A stretch of DNA of 64,000 nucleotides. Source: Chiloscyllium plagiosum (lineage: Eukaryota). The stretch lies in assembly GCF_004010195.1 (NCBI RefSeq), contig NC_057718.1, positions 80,665,187 through 80,729,186 on the forward strand, written 5' to 3'. Positions 1-12,079 of this stretch are shown one piece after another (within the stretch, counting starts at the first letter, position 1; each line of letters starts with the position of its first letter). The notes beneath the pieces are model-generated. The model saw only the letters and a program-made list of their open reading frames with translations. It searched no databases and had not been told where the DNA came from. The translations under genes and the position numbers were made by a program.

Positions 1-359
1 GGCGAGAGTCTTGGTTAAAGAAGTAGGCACGGAGGCGAAGGCGGCGGAAGAATTGTTCGATGTCACGCCGCGTGTTGAACTCATTAATCCGGGAGCGTAG
101 GTGAGGCCTCTGCTGAGGACTGATCTTTCATCCTCAGAGAGGGGTAGGTCTGGAGGGATAGTGAAAACACGGCAGGGCTGGGAGCTAGGACCTGGTGTGG
201 GGCTGGAGCTGGGTGTGGGGGCGGGGTTAGGTCTGGGGACGGGGACGGGGAGTGGCGTGGGGGCAGGGTTGGGCATGGTGATGGCGATAGGCGAAGGGGC
301 GGGGTTAGACGCGGTGACGGAAATTGGCGTGGGGGCTGAGGCTTAACTGTTAACGTCAT
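1..359 (-). mobile_element. Penelope-like retroelement, N-terminal ORF fragment (frameshifted), runs off the window edge
   Basis: An alternative minus-strand frame reads SSQPCRVFTIPPDLPLSEDERSVLSRGLT, then after a frameshift RINEFNTRRDIEQFFRRLRLRAYFFNQDSR. This resembles the pre-RT region of Penelope-like ORFs and is preceded by a Pro-rich low-complexity tract. Confidence 0.75.
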
Positions 360-426
360 ATTAAAATCACAACTACCGAAGCAAGGCAGAGAGGCTTTTT
401 TTTAAGCAAGTGCCGAACATCATCTT

Positions 427-678
427 TGATTAGCTTAGATTCCCTACAGTGTAGAAACAGGTCCACACTGACCCTCCGAAGAACAACTTACCCAGGCCCA
501 TTCCCCTCTGACTAATACACCTAACATTAGGAGCAATTTAGCATAGCCAATTCACTTAACCTGCACATTTTTAGACTGTGGGAGGAAACCCACACAGACA
601 GTTGCCCGAGGCGCGAAATGAACCTGGGACCCTGGTGCTGTGAGGCAGCAGTGCTAACCACTGAGCCACAGTGCCACT
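427..678 (-). mobile_element. HE1-type tRNA-derived V-SINE
   Basis: Reverse complement starts GTGGCACTGTGGCTCAGTGGTTAGCACTGCTGCCTCACAGCACCAGGG (A box, B-box-like GGTTC), has the CCTCCCACAGTC body and ends TGTAGGGAATCTAAGCTAATC. Confidence 0.9.
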
Positions 679-684
679 AGATCT

Positions 685-1135
685 ATTAAGGTACAATACG
701 TGAGTGTTATGGAATATTCACTACTTGCCTGCATGAGTACAAACATAACGTTCAAGAAGTTCAATAAAACTCAGCATCTGTTTGATTGACAACGCTGACA
801 CCAGGCTCATTATCTGTCATTCTATTATTGACATATTTGACTACAGGATGCATTACAGCAACTCATTAAGTTTGCTTTGACAATGCCTCTCTGCCCTGCA
901 AGAGGAAAGAACAATATGTTGTAGGAAAGCTATCATTATTTCCAAGTTATTTGGATATCCCGATTTGGATATGTACTATAATTTCTTCAACATCACTGAT
1001 TTAATATTTTGGAATTTGCTACCTGAAACTATGGGAGCACTTGGATGTTAGCTGTTCAAAGGGAAAATCCACCACCAGCATCTCAAGAATACTGAAGAGA
1101 TATATAAGTTAAGCTATTATTCATACCTGAGAATA
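685..1135 (+). mobile_element. Old 3' fragment of a CR1/L2-superclade LINE (same family as 31345-34290)
   Basis: Decayed KAQVRSVMEYSPLAW-like coding sequence followed by a 3' UTR-like tail; similar to 31155-31340. Confidence 0.55.
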
Positions 1136-1299
1136 ATTTCTAAAATAAAGGTTAACTATTCGATCAGCAAAGCTGACTGAATGGTGCTGATACGTTTTAA
1201 GAATTTTAAGAAGGTATGTAGCACAAGATCAAATTGTACAATCAAAATTCACTTTGCAGCTTTATATTACTGGAAAGAATGCCACCAAGCTCAAATTCA

Positions 1300-2157
1300 G
1301 AGTTAAAAATCACACAACGCCAGGTTACAGTCCTGAATTGAATTGAATTGAATTTATTGTCACGTGTACCAAGGCACAGTGAAAAGCTTTTCTTGCAAGC
1401 AATACAGGCAGATCACAGAGTTAAGTAGCATAGATAGTATATAATAGGTAAACAGCTGCAAACATAAAAACAAGTACAAGAAAATATTAAGAGTTTGTGA
1501 GTCCATTCAGTATTCTAACAACAGTAGGTTAGAAACTGTTGTGAAACCGGCTGGTGCATGTATACAAGCTTCTATACCTTCTCCCCGATGGTAGAGGTTG
1601 TAGAAAAACATTGCCAGGGTGGGAGGGATCCAGGTTTGTTTAGAAGCATTAGCTTTCAGAGCGCTGCACCTTCATCAGGTGGAGTATCAGACACAATTTA
1701 TGGCGAAAGGTTACAGTGTCATACAGTGATATGTTGAGCAAACCTGGATTGTTAAGTCTTTTTTTGGATGCAGGTATCGGTTCATTAATATATAAATCCC
1801 AGAAATTCTTTTAAGTCACCTTCTTGAGATAACTTAAGGTTTATAACAAAAAGTGACAAATCAGCTCAGACAATGCATTAAAGGTGTGGGGTCAAAGTCT
1901 GTCTGTATCCCATGAACCAAAACCTACATTCTAAAAAATGAAGAATTTAATAATCCACGTTTGTTCAATACATCACTGTATGACACTAACCTTTTGCTAT
2001 AAATTCTGTGTCTTGTGACCTTATACTCCACAATCACCTGATGAAGGAGCTGCGCTCCAAAAGCTAGTGCTTCCAAATAAATCAGTTGGACTATAACCTG
2101 GAGTTATGTGATTTTTAACTTTGTCCACCATAGTCCAACAGTGGCTCCTCCACATCA
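1300..2157 (+). mobile_element. Penelope-derived non-coding element with inverted termini and hammerhead cores (family B), interrupted by a Rex1 3' fragment
   Basis: The left arm (1301-1333 plus 1631-1681) is the inverse of the right arm (~2035-2120). Cores at 1654-1678 (-) and 2038-2062 (+). Flanks are AAGCTCAAATTCA (1287-1299) and AAGCTCAAGTTCA (2158-2170). Confidence 0.8.
1334..1630 (-). mobile_element. Rex1/Babar LINE 3' end
   Basis: (TGAAT)n tail on the + strand; near-identical to the 3' end of the long Rex1 copy at 53128-53420. Confidence 0.85.
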
Positions 2158-3420
2158 AAGCTCAAGTTCAAGCTCACCTTTGAGGGAGAGGAGAAGATCA
2201 TAAAGTAGAAACTTCAATAAAAACATTAAACAATAGAATAGACAACTCAAATAATAAATAATCATGCTGTTGTGAAATATGAAGCACGTTATTTTGTCAT
2301 TTTCCTCGAACACTTATTATTTAGGAATTTCAGCTTTTGAGGAAAAAAATTACAATTACATTTTCAAAGTACGCTTCAAATAATTTTTGGATGAAAGATC
2401 AGTATAATTACCCAATAATACACCTTGTAAAATATTGAGTGTAAAGTGACAGACCATATTCAACAAGGATCATATACCACTGCCCAAAAGTGAGGCTGGA
2501 TGTTGTACATGCAGGAGCTAGTGTGTTTAGGAGCCGGTGAAGGGGTTAACAGCACTGAAGCTGACAACAAATCAGGAAACCAACTCCAATCTACTGCCTT
2601 CTGCATTTAATTGTAATACATTAGGTTGTGAGAGGCAGATTGTTAATTTTAAACTTTAATCATTCATTAAGAAGGATACTAACATGGACCTTGGTATTTA
2701 ACTATGGGTGTCCAAGTTCCTCAATTTTCCTTGGGCTTGTCACTGCCAGTGCCAAAGATGCAGCAACAATTGAGTAACCCTGCAGAAATTACAAGCATTA
2801 AGTTCCCATAAGTACTGAAATGCATGGCTATTTTCTTACCTAATTGGTTAAAAAAAGACTTTTGCTTAATATTTGTTCTCAAAGGTTGCTTTTCTTGTAA
2901 CTACTCTGGAATTTATTTGCAGTACTTTAGGATTGCTTTCTTTATTTTGGAAGTTTGTGCGTCTGATATCCACTTCCATCAGGTCAGCATGAGTCCTACT
3001 TATACTGTATTTACGTGGGTATCAAATTACAGCTAAGCTGATCGGCAGAAGCAAGAGCAACAAGAACAACACTAACATTTGCCCTAGCACAGCATCAGAA
3101 AGAACAGCAGTAGCTCTTCTCTTCAAACCTGATGCTCAACAGGAGAGATGATGAGGAGCTGGGCTGTTCACAGAATGCAAAATGTCGACGTATGCTGAAC
3201 ATATAGTCAACGTAGATACAGCTTCCTGAACCTATTGGAATAATGGTGTTTCAATCTGTATCATGTGATGGCAGATATTAGCAGTCTGCCAGAAGACCTG
3301 ATGCTAAGTAAACCGAATGGGCATGGGCAAGGACGAGAGGATATGACTACTATTGAGGCAGGTATAGTGATCCAGGAGATGATGCTTGATATGGCAAATT
3401 CCCAATGAGGCTCGCCAATT

Positions 3421-4560
3421 TGTTATGATTCCAAACAGGATATAAAAACTTATCAAGCTTCGAGGTGAGGAGGGATGAACTGGCTTTATTTGTTATTTAT
3501 CTAGCCATTTGGTTGCTTGCAATAATGTTAACTGAAATAGGATCCCTGCTTTTATGATGCCTTTCTTTTAGTCCAAATTTATGTTTTAAAAATTAGTGTG
3601 TTTAACCAGGCTTTCTTGAGTTAACATAAGAGTGAGTTTATGATTTGCTAAACACGAAAGGAAATGATGATGCAACAAATATAGACACAGGTTAGAAATG
3701 GAAGGTGAGTCCGATAAAAGTTAAAAGTTCAAAAGGTATGCATATTAATCTCTTAGTTCCATGAAAATTACATAGTTGGACATTGTGGTTGTTACTTTGG
3801 GGGATTCCAATAGCACTGATGTTGGTTGGTATGCAGTTGGATTTGAGATACTAAAATTTGCAGGTCAGTTGAAAGGTCTCTTTCCTGTTTCCTTTTGACA
3901 GTGGCTTCATTTGCTTTCTAGCTTTCAGCAAAGACCTTCTGTCTTGTCATACATGCACTACAGGTGACAAGACAGGATCTCTCTCTCTCTCTTTGCCAAA
4001 AAACAGAAAGCAAATGAAACCACAGTTGAAAAGAAATAGGACAACAACCTTTCAGCTGATATGCAAATCTAAATATCTTGAAACAGCAGTACACCTACCA
4101 ACATCAGTGCTACTGAGTATTACCAAAAGTAATAGCCATGTAACAGAAATGCAGGGATGACAAGCGTTTTTCTTAGCTGTGATCCTTGTAGCACATACCT
4201 TCATCCACTAGCACGCAAAGAACAGGACTGAAACTAGCAGTACGTGCGTATTCTGGAAAAAGGGAAAACACAAATATGTCTCTTAACCGGACTTCTCTCT
4301 TCTTTGCCATCATATTCACAGCCTAAAATAACTCACAAGATGTTACAGTTACACTTGCAGTTCATATCTCCATTTGAATTTCTTCTCTTTGTAGCTTCCT
4401 TGACATCCAACAGGTGTGGTATATGAGTCTCCCTCAAGGCTAGGGATAATCCACATAGGCTTTGTGGACAGTCATTGAATTATATTACTCGAAATTTACA
4501 TTTTCAATCATTCTTTGGCTTTGTCCTTTTTTAAAAAGACACATGTTGTAATTGAAAGGT
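3421..4560. mobile_element. Probable decayed solo LTR
   Basis: Starts TGTTATGA, is non-coding and resembles 26578-27190 in organisation; right end uncertain. Confidence 0.35.
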
Positions 4561-4769
4561 CAGTATGTCAATAGGTGATCTTGAGTTTTAATCATCATCA
4601 TGGCACATGTAAGGAGTCTTAGGCCTGCATATTCAACAGTCTGTATGAATAAGAGCAGGAACCTCCAGGAAAATGAGAAAGTTGACCACAGTCCTTGTGA
4701 CCTTGCATGTTGAGGAAGTAAACAGGGATATAGTAGAGTTGGAGACAATATACTTAAGGGAATATATGC

Positions 4770-5705
4770 TGCCGCTGCAGCTAAAGTATGGAGTCCCAAA
4801 GATGCCTGCCTACTGTCAGGATGAAGAAGATCTCCTCAGGACTGAATAGGAAATCAGAGTAGAAGGAGAAGGATCTGTTATGGTTCACATGGATACCAAT
4901 GATATAAGTAGTACTAAAAAGTGGTTCTGCAAGGAATATGAGCAGCTAGAACTTGAATTACAAATAAGAACTACAAAGCTCATAATCTTTGGATTACTAA
5001 GTGAGCCATGAACAAATAGACATTGACAATAAGATCAAAGAATTGAATTCCTGGCTCAAAGACGGTGTCAGAGAAATTGGTTCCCGTTCATGCAGCATTG
5101 GCACTGGGGAGAAAGAGAACTGCTGTGTTGGGAAGAGCTTCACTTGGACAATGATGGGATCACTATTCTGGCAAATTGCAAAAATAGGCCTGTGGAGAAA
5201 GCTTTAGACTAAACACTGCGTGTTTGTGTGGGTGAATGTATACCAGTGATGTGGAGGGTTCAGGAGAACAGAAACATAAAAAGTTAAAAAGAATAAAGGC
5301 AAATCACTTGTGCAAGGTAATGGTATGAATAATGATAATTGATATGTGACAGCAAAGGAGAAGATATATAATCATAAGAGTGTATCAGCAAATCAGATCA
5401 GAATAATAAATGTGGGAAAACAAGAAAAATAATTAAAAGGCCTATCACCTGAATGCATGAGAATTTCTAACAGAATATGTAAATTAATGATACACATAGG
5501 AATAACCAGTTATGATCTGATAGCAGTTGCAGAAATGTTGCAAGATGACCAAAACTGGGAGCAGAATATTTAAGGTTATTTGACATCTTGAAAAAATATG
5601 AAGAAAGGGGGAAAAAAAATAGGTGTAACTCTGTTAATAAAGTGTGAGATTGGTGCAATAGTGAGAAGTTTTCTTGGTTTGGAAGATCAAAGTGTAGAAC
5701 CAATT
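4770..5705 (+). mobile_element. Decayed CR1 LINE: ORF1 esterase end and start of the ORF2 endonuclease; resumes at ~8316-8398
   Basis: VHMDTNDI (GxND-like) motif, IKELNSWLKD, and similarity to 34400-35250 and 57990-58700. Confidence 0.7.
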
Positions 5706-6540
5706 TCACAAAATCACAAAATTGTTACAATGGCAGAGGAGGCCATTCATCTTGACATGCTTGGACTGGTTCTATAACCTTGTGCCAATTTCCTACCTTA
5801 TTCTACATCCCTGCAAACTATTTCTATCCAAATAATCATCCAATGCACTCTTTAATATCTCAACTGAACCTGCCTCCACCTTATTTCCAGATACTACATT
5901 CCATATCCTAACTACTCGCTGTATGAAAAAGTTTTACCTCATATCACCCTTTCTTTATTTGTACTTCACTTTAAAAATATGCCTTTTTTTTGTTTTAATA
6001 GAGGGAACAGTTTCTCCCTATGTACTCTGTTCATGATTTTGAAAACCTCTATCAACTCTCCTTTCAGCCTTCTTCAGTCCCAAATTCTTTAGTCTATTTT
6101 CATAGTTGAAGTTGCTAATTCCTGGAACTATTCTTGTAAATTCCTTCTGCATTCTCTCCAATGCATTCACATATTTCCTACAAGGTGGCAACTATAGCTG
6201 TGCACTGTACTTTAGCCGAGGTCTGACAAATATACAATTTCAACATCACCTCTTTGCACTTGTAATCTATGCCTCTATTAATAAAACTGAGAACACTGTA
6301 TGCTTTATTAAGCATCTCTGCCTGTCCTGCCAACGCAGGTCCCTCTGTTCTTGAACCCTGTTTGCAGTTGTACTCCCCAATTTATGTTGTGTTTCAATGT
6401 GCCTCCAATCAAAGCCTATCACCTCATACTTCTCTCTGTTGAACCTCCTCTGCCACCTGTCCACCCACTCCACAAACTTGCGATGTTCTTTTTAATTGCC
6501 ACACAGTCCTCCTCTCTGTTTAAAATTCTTCCATTTTTTT

Positions 6541-6855
6541 TAGATTAGATTACTTACAGTGGAACAGGCCCTTCGGCCCAACAAGTCCACACCGACCCGC
6601 CGAAGTGCAACCCACCCAGACCCATTCCCCTACATTTACCCCTTCACCTAACACTACGGGCAATTCAGCATGGCCAATTCACCTAATCTGCACATTTTTG
6701 GACTGTGGAAGGAAACCGGAGCACCCAGAGGAAACCCACGCAGAAACGGGGAGAATGTGCAAACTCCACACAGAAAGTCGCCTGAGGCGGGAATTGAACT
6801 CAGGTCTCTGGTGCTGTGAGGCAGCAGTGCCAACCACTGTGCCACCATGCCGCCC
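6541..6855 (-). mobile_element. HE1-type V-SINE, full length, inserted in the CR1 RT
   Basis: Reverse complement runs GGGCGGCATGGTGGCACAGTGGTTGGCACTGCTGCCTCACAGC...GAGTTCAATTCC...TGTAAGTAATCTAATCTA and interrupts the CR1 just after KFADD. Confidence 0.92.
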
Positions 6856-7836
6856 ATGTTTAATGTCATCTGCAAACTTTGAAATTGTCCTCATGCACAT
6901 CAAAATCCAGATCATTAATATGTAGCAACAAAAGTAAGGGTCACAATACCAACCCTGGGAAACACCGCGACAGACCTTTCTCCAGCCCAAAAAAATCCAC
7001 TGACCATCAATCCGTCTCTGTTTCCCATCAGTCAGCTAATTTTGTATCCATGTTGCTACTAATCCTTTTATACCACGAACAGTAATGTTCCTCACAAATT
7101 AACTGTATCAGGTGCCTTCAGGAAATCCATGTATGCCAAATCAACAGCATTATCCTCATCAACATTTTCTGTCACCTCTTCCAAAAACAACAACAAGTTA
7201 TATAATCATGATTTCCCTTTTAGAAATCTATACTGACTCTTCCTAATCATCACACCATTTTCCATCTGTTACTAATTCTATCCTGAATAATTGTTTCTAG
7301 AATTAACCCCACTACTGAAGTTAAACTCAGCAGACAGTAATTTTTGGGGTTATCCTTACAACCTTTCTTGAACAAATCTATAATATTTGCAGTTCTTTGG
7401 TCTTCTGGCACTTGCCCCTGAGTCCAGAAAAATATCTGACTCATTTCCTTCATCCTCAGATGCATCTCATCCATTTCCTGTGCATTGTCAACTTTAACTG
7501 CCAATAATCTTTCCAAGACTGCTTTCCTTATTAACTTTGAACCCTTTTAGTGACAGGGTTTCCTCCTTTATCACTATGGCCTGAGTAGCATCCTCCTCTT
7601 TTGTAAAGACAAGTGCAACATATTGACCTAACACCTCCGCTCTGTCCCCTGCTTCCATGTTAGATACCCTTTTTGGTCTCTGATTGGCCCTACTCCTCCT
7701 TTAACCACTTTCCTATCATTTATATGTTATAGAGGACTTTGAGATTTACCTTAATGTTAGCTGCTAGTCTTTTCTCATTGTTCCTCTTTGCTTCTCTTTC
7801 TCTTTGCTTTTTCATCTCCCCCATCAATCTTCAGAT

Positions 7837-8020
7837 TGGGATGGGTTCGCTGAGTTGGTCGGACGACTGGTTTACGATGCAGAATAATGCCAACAGCATG
7901 GCTGAGGCAACCTTGAAGGTTCCCCCTTCTCAACCTTGCCCCTTGCCTGAGGCATGGTGACCCTCAATTTAAACTCACTATCAATAGTGTAGAGACAGAG
8001 CAGCCATCGTCCTTGGTTTC
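7837..8020 (+). mobile_element. tRNA-derived SINE (second family)
   Basis: Similar to 23094-23320 (+) and 17965-18170 (-), sharing the CCTTCTCAACC...GCCTGAGG..TGGTGACCCTC body. Confidence 0.7.
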
Positions 8021-8399
8021 CCTTTAAACCTGTGTTCATGTTGAACTTCAACTGCAATTTTCATCTTACACATGTCATGAGCACACTATTTTGTTTTAAT
8101 ATTAACTTCTACTTCCTCTGTCATGCAGGGAACTCTAGATTTGTTTGTCCTACATTTTTCCATTAGAGGACTATAACTCTACCTGAAGCATCTGCTCTTT
8201 GGAATTGGCCCATTGTTTTACCCACCAATCTCTTATTCCAATCATGCCTGCTCAGTTCTGTTCTTGCCCCATTAAAGTCAGCTTTACATAAATTAATTTT
8301 TGTTTTTAAATTTGATTGGGAAAAAAGAGATAGTAAGGAAGAAGGGTCATTGTTGGGAGTAGTTTATATATGACAGAGTATCAATCAAGAAATAACCTG

Positions 8400-8494
8400 A
8401 AACAAAAACAGAAATTGCTGGAAAAGCTCAGCAGGGAGCATTTGTGCAGTGGAGTCGAGTTAACCTTTCAGGTCTAGTGACCTTTCCTCAGAAC
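8400..8494 (-). mobile_element. Short Penelope-derived element with hammerhead core
   Basis: Reverse complement GTT-CTGAGGA-A-AGGTC-ACTA-GACCT-GAAA-GGTTA, followed by the family tail CTGCTGAGCTTTTCCAGCAATTTCTGTTTTTG. Confidence 0.7.
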
Positions 8495-9685
8495 ACAGCT
8501 CCTTGTTGTGAAAAACTGAGACAATAAGGTTTGATATAATTTGCTACCTTTTGGATGTATGGCCTCTGTATTTGACATCATACTAGCACTGGAATTCATA
8601 TATCATTCTATCCATTTTTAAGATAGGCTTTGTCTTAATGGATCATCCTGTTTCCACTTTCAGGACTATTCATTTCTTCTTTTCAAAATACTCATGAATC
8701 TGTCAATTTAGCACAGCCATTCATAGTCCCATTTAAGAAAGCTTTAACCTGTTATTCAGTTCTCTGTACAAGATAGATCTTTGATGATTATACAGCAAAG
8801 TATGGCAAATTGCCATGTTTTTATTTACCACAGGTTAGGCAAGGAGGCAGTTCATCCATTCAAACTGCTTCAAAGGTCTCGTACGCTATTTCAATGAAGT
8901 TCAGTGTAAGGTTGCGGACCAGTATCCTATCTTTCAATTAGGCGTTTACAAACTTCTGGATTCAACATTTAATCACTGCACCCATTTTGTCATACAGCAC
9001 CCATTGATATTGTTTCTGTAATTCCTGATCACATCTCCCCAAGATGTCTGTCATTTAATTGTCTCGTTATCATCCCTTTTTGTTTTGAAAATTCATCCCT
9101 TTTGTTACTTATTCATCCTAGAATCAACTGGGTCGCACACCTTCTTTATTTCACTCCATGCCTCTGTAATTGCTTAAAACGAATTCTTTCTCTAACATTT
9201 TCCAGTTCTGTGAAAAGTTATTGACCCAAAACAATGGCTGGATTTCCATGTGAAAGGAGGGAATCCGAAGACAAAACTATTCCCAACTCCTCAATGTTCC
9301 TTTTACTCAAAACTGACTGCAGAGGGGGTACCTTGTGGGACTCTGGGCAAGCAGGCAGTTGCACCTCCTGATCATTTTAAGCCCACCTCAGCTGATCCAT
9401 TCACTGCTCATCACCTCAACCATCTCACATCCAACCTTTATAACATTCACCTTTACTCCTTTGTGTTATGCCTCGTCCCTGATGTCACACATCCTCATTC
9501 TCCTCATCAATAACTTGTTCATTTATTGGTCACCTTGTGGACAAAGCTCTCAAGACCCATTATAACATTTACAAGCAGCTGAATAACCCATAATGATCAA
9601 TCAGACTCTTTAAAGCAGTTTTATAAACAATGTCAAACATTTCTGAAACAAGGCGGTGGTGGATTACAGAGAAAGATCCCATTAA

Positions 9686-9859
9686 GGTTAGGTGAGTTGG
9701 CCATGCTAAATTACCCATAATTTCCAGGGATGTGTAGGTTAGGTGCATTAGTCAGGGGTATGTTGGCGAGGGAATGGGTCTGGGTGGGTTACTCTTTAGA
9801 GGTTGGATTTGTTGGGCCAAATGACCTGTTTTCACATTGAAGGGATTCTATGAATTCTA
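9686..9859 (+). mobile_element. HE1-type SINE, 3' half
   Basis: TTGGCCATGCTAAATTACCC...TTGTTGGGCCAAATGACCTGTTT...GGATTCTATG. Confidence 0.8.
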
Positions 9860-9924
9860 CCTCACAGATACCTAGACTGAAAACACAAAAGCAATTAGAA
9901 TCAAAGAAACAAATAGATTTGGTT

Positions 9925-9960
9925 ATTTCTGAAGAAGGGCTTATGCCCGAAACGTCGATT
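9925..9960 (+). ncRNA. Minimal type I hammerhead ribozyme motif
   Basis: CTGAAGA (9929-9935), A, GGGC-TTAT-GCCC, GAAA (9949-9952), then CGTC with palindromic ACGT and a GUC cleavage triplet. Stem I is weak in this copy. Confidence 0.75.
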
Positions 9961-10057
9961 CTCCTGTTCCCTGGATGCTGCCTGACCTGCTGCGCTTTTC
10001 CAGCAACACATTTTCAGCTCTGATCTCCAGCATCTGCAGACCTCACTTTCTCCTCAA
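9928..10057 (+). mobile_element. 130-bp hammerhead-bearing Penelope-derived monomer (family A) with 13-bp TSD
   Basis: AGATTTGGTTATT occurs at 9915-9927 and 10058-10070; the element ends CTCCAGCATCTGCAGACCTCACTTTCTCCT. Confidence 0.88.
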
Positions 10058-10109
10058 AGATTTGGTTATTGTACTAAGATACTTTTTAAAACATTATCCC
10101 AAGTATTTC

Positions 10110-10260
10110 TTCATTCCTTTCCTGTCATGTGGTCAAATTCCTGGAACTCCTTTCCACATACTCATACCCCTGGTATTGGAGCAAAGAAAGAAGAAAGCTC
10201 ATTATCACATTCTCAGAGCAATCAGGAATGGAAGTAAAAGCTGGCCCAACCAGTGAGGTA
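10110..10260 (+). mobile_element. 3' tail fragment of the CR1/L2-superclade LINE family
   Basis: GGTCAAATTCCTGGAACTCC...CACATTCTCAGAGCAATCAGGAATGG matches the inverse of 31365-31490. Confidence 0.6.
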
Positions 10261-11274
10261 TATACATATAAGCAAATAACAATCATCTAAAGACTTTTCC
10301 ACAATTGCGATATTGATCTTTGAAATCACAGCACAGTCCTAACTCACCTTTCGTAACATAGCTGCAATGCATCCTATAGCATTTGCTTATTATAAAAAGA
10401 AGGAAATATTATTTTACTTACCTTTTAAAATATTTTCAAAACCCTGATGGTAAAGTGCATTAGAATTAAGCCCCACTATCCGACAATTATTAATGCCTAC
10501 TATGAGACATTTGAGGGACATTGAGGTGGTGGGAATAGTCGTGTCTATTGTCTACATACTAATAATCCTGATTGTTAACTCCTACTATGCATACTTAAAT
10601 TTAATATCCCTTGTAGACATATCCATTTATATCCATATCCATAATATCCCAAGCACATATCCATTTATGCATAAATAACAAAGACAAGACAGACCGCTCT
10701 ACAGAAATATCATGGTGTAAAACAAGGGCAAAAATAAATAAATTCTATAAATCAAGAATCCAAGCCACAAATGTGGAATAAAGTTGTTTTCTAGTAGTTT
10801 GTTTCGTTTTTGGCATTACTAATATGTTATTATTGACCGCAAATCTTCATTTTGGTAACCAATCATTTGGACCTAGATCTTTTCATGAGTAAGAAGTTTT
10901 TTCTTTTCTGAGATCGTGAAAGTTGTTTTTTTTCAACCACAGAGGGTGAGAAAGAGTGACAAACTTTGCAGGCTTTGTTTACAGGTTTTCAGGAGTTGTG
11001 TGCTCAAGTGTCCTTCTCAGGTCAGTGACAGATTTCAACTTAAAAATCCAAAAGGCTGTTGCTTGGCAGTTCTTTTCAATCTAAATGCTCCTGTGTCAGC
11101 CTTTGTCTCATTAAGTAGCAAATACATGTTGCATGACCTAGTAACACCTCACAGTTCTCCTTTAGACCTTCAATTTGTGAAGGAAAAGTACTATCTGTGA
11201 AGGAAAAACATTCTCTGCAACAAAGCAATATCCAAACTTTCATTTTTCCCAGTTTGTATTCCAAAAAATATTTG

Positions 11275-11600
11275 TAGTCATAAAAACAAACTGTACAGAA
11301 GAGGCCCCTCAGTCCATCAAGTCTGTACCCCAAAACTACACTAAATCTACAATACTTTCCATCATTAGACCCATTGCTTTGAATGTTATGAGATTCCAGT
11401 ATTCACCCAAGCTCAACTACCCTCCCAAGCAATGCATTCCAGACCCCTATTGCCAAAGGGTGAAAATGCTTTCCCTCAGTTCCCCTCTAAACCTCCTGTC
11501 TTCCACTTAGAAGTGTGCTCCCTTGTTACTGATTCTTCAACTAAGGGGAACAACTGTTTTCTATCCACTCTGTCCATATCCTCATACTCTTATACACCTC
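11275..11600 (-). mobile_element. CR1 3' fragment
   Basis: GGCCCCTCAGTCCATCAAGTCTG and GCATTCCAGACCCCTA...CCCCTCTAAACC match the other CR1 3' ends in the window. Confidence 0.7.
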
Positions 11601-12079
11601 TATTCTCTATCTGTACTTCTATTGTAATCTTTACAGTCTTCCCACCCCAATCCATCATTGGCATCTAATGAAGCTAAAGCAAAACCCAACAGTTGCTAAT
11701 GCCCGACTGTTTACAAGAAAATTAAAATTGTGCCTGGGGCAGGTTTTCAATGAGTCCACTATGCTGTTATTTGCTTCCTCCATAGCAGTGTGTGGATTCC
11801 ATTGCCTAGATCTTCCTCAATCCTTGTAACAATGGCTGAGGGTGGAAACAAAGGCAGGAATTCTGCTATCATACTCATTAGCAATTTTTTGGCTCTGCCT
11901 CCACTTGATCCCTAACGGGACTATGAAAATCTAATCCATTATTTCTGTTTTTCTTTCTCCACAAATGCTGCCTAACCCATGGCATATTTCGAAAAGATTT
12001 TTGTTTGTGTCGCTCTGACTTCCCCCAGATTCATGATTAATCTAAAGGTAGGAAAGGTTGAAAAGAAAGCACATTAGCG

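Larger units (their letters stand above)
5706..8315 (-). mobile_element. Decayed CR1 LINE (RT and 3' end) nested in the older CR1
   Basis: Minus-strand ORF pieces LFKKGCKDNPKNYCLLSLTSVVG, RGVSQG...ISKFADD and EWVDRWQRRFNREKYEVI. Confidence 0.85.

Noticed and set aside
84..359. Pro-rich (-) and Gly-rich (+) ORFs as host genes
   Set aside because: They are alternative frames of low-complexity sequence at the start of a Penelope-like ORF.
9195..9245. Additional hammerhead core (TTCTGTGAAAAGTTATTGACCCAAAAC)
   Set aside because: Probably a decayed relative, but both conserved boxes are mutated, so it was not counted.
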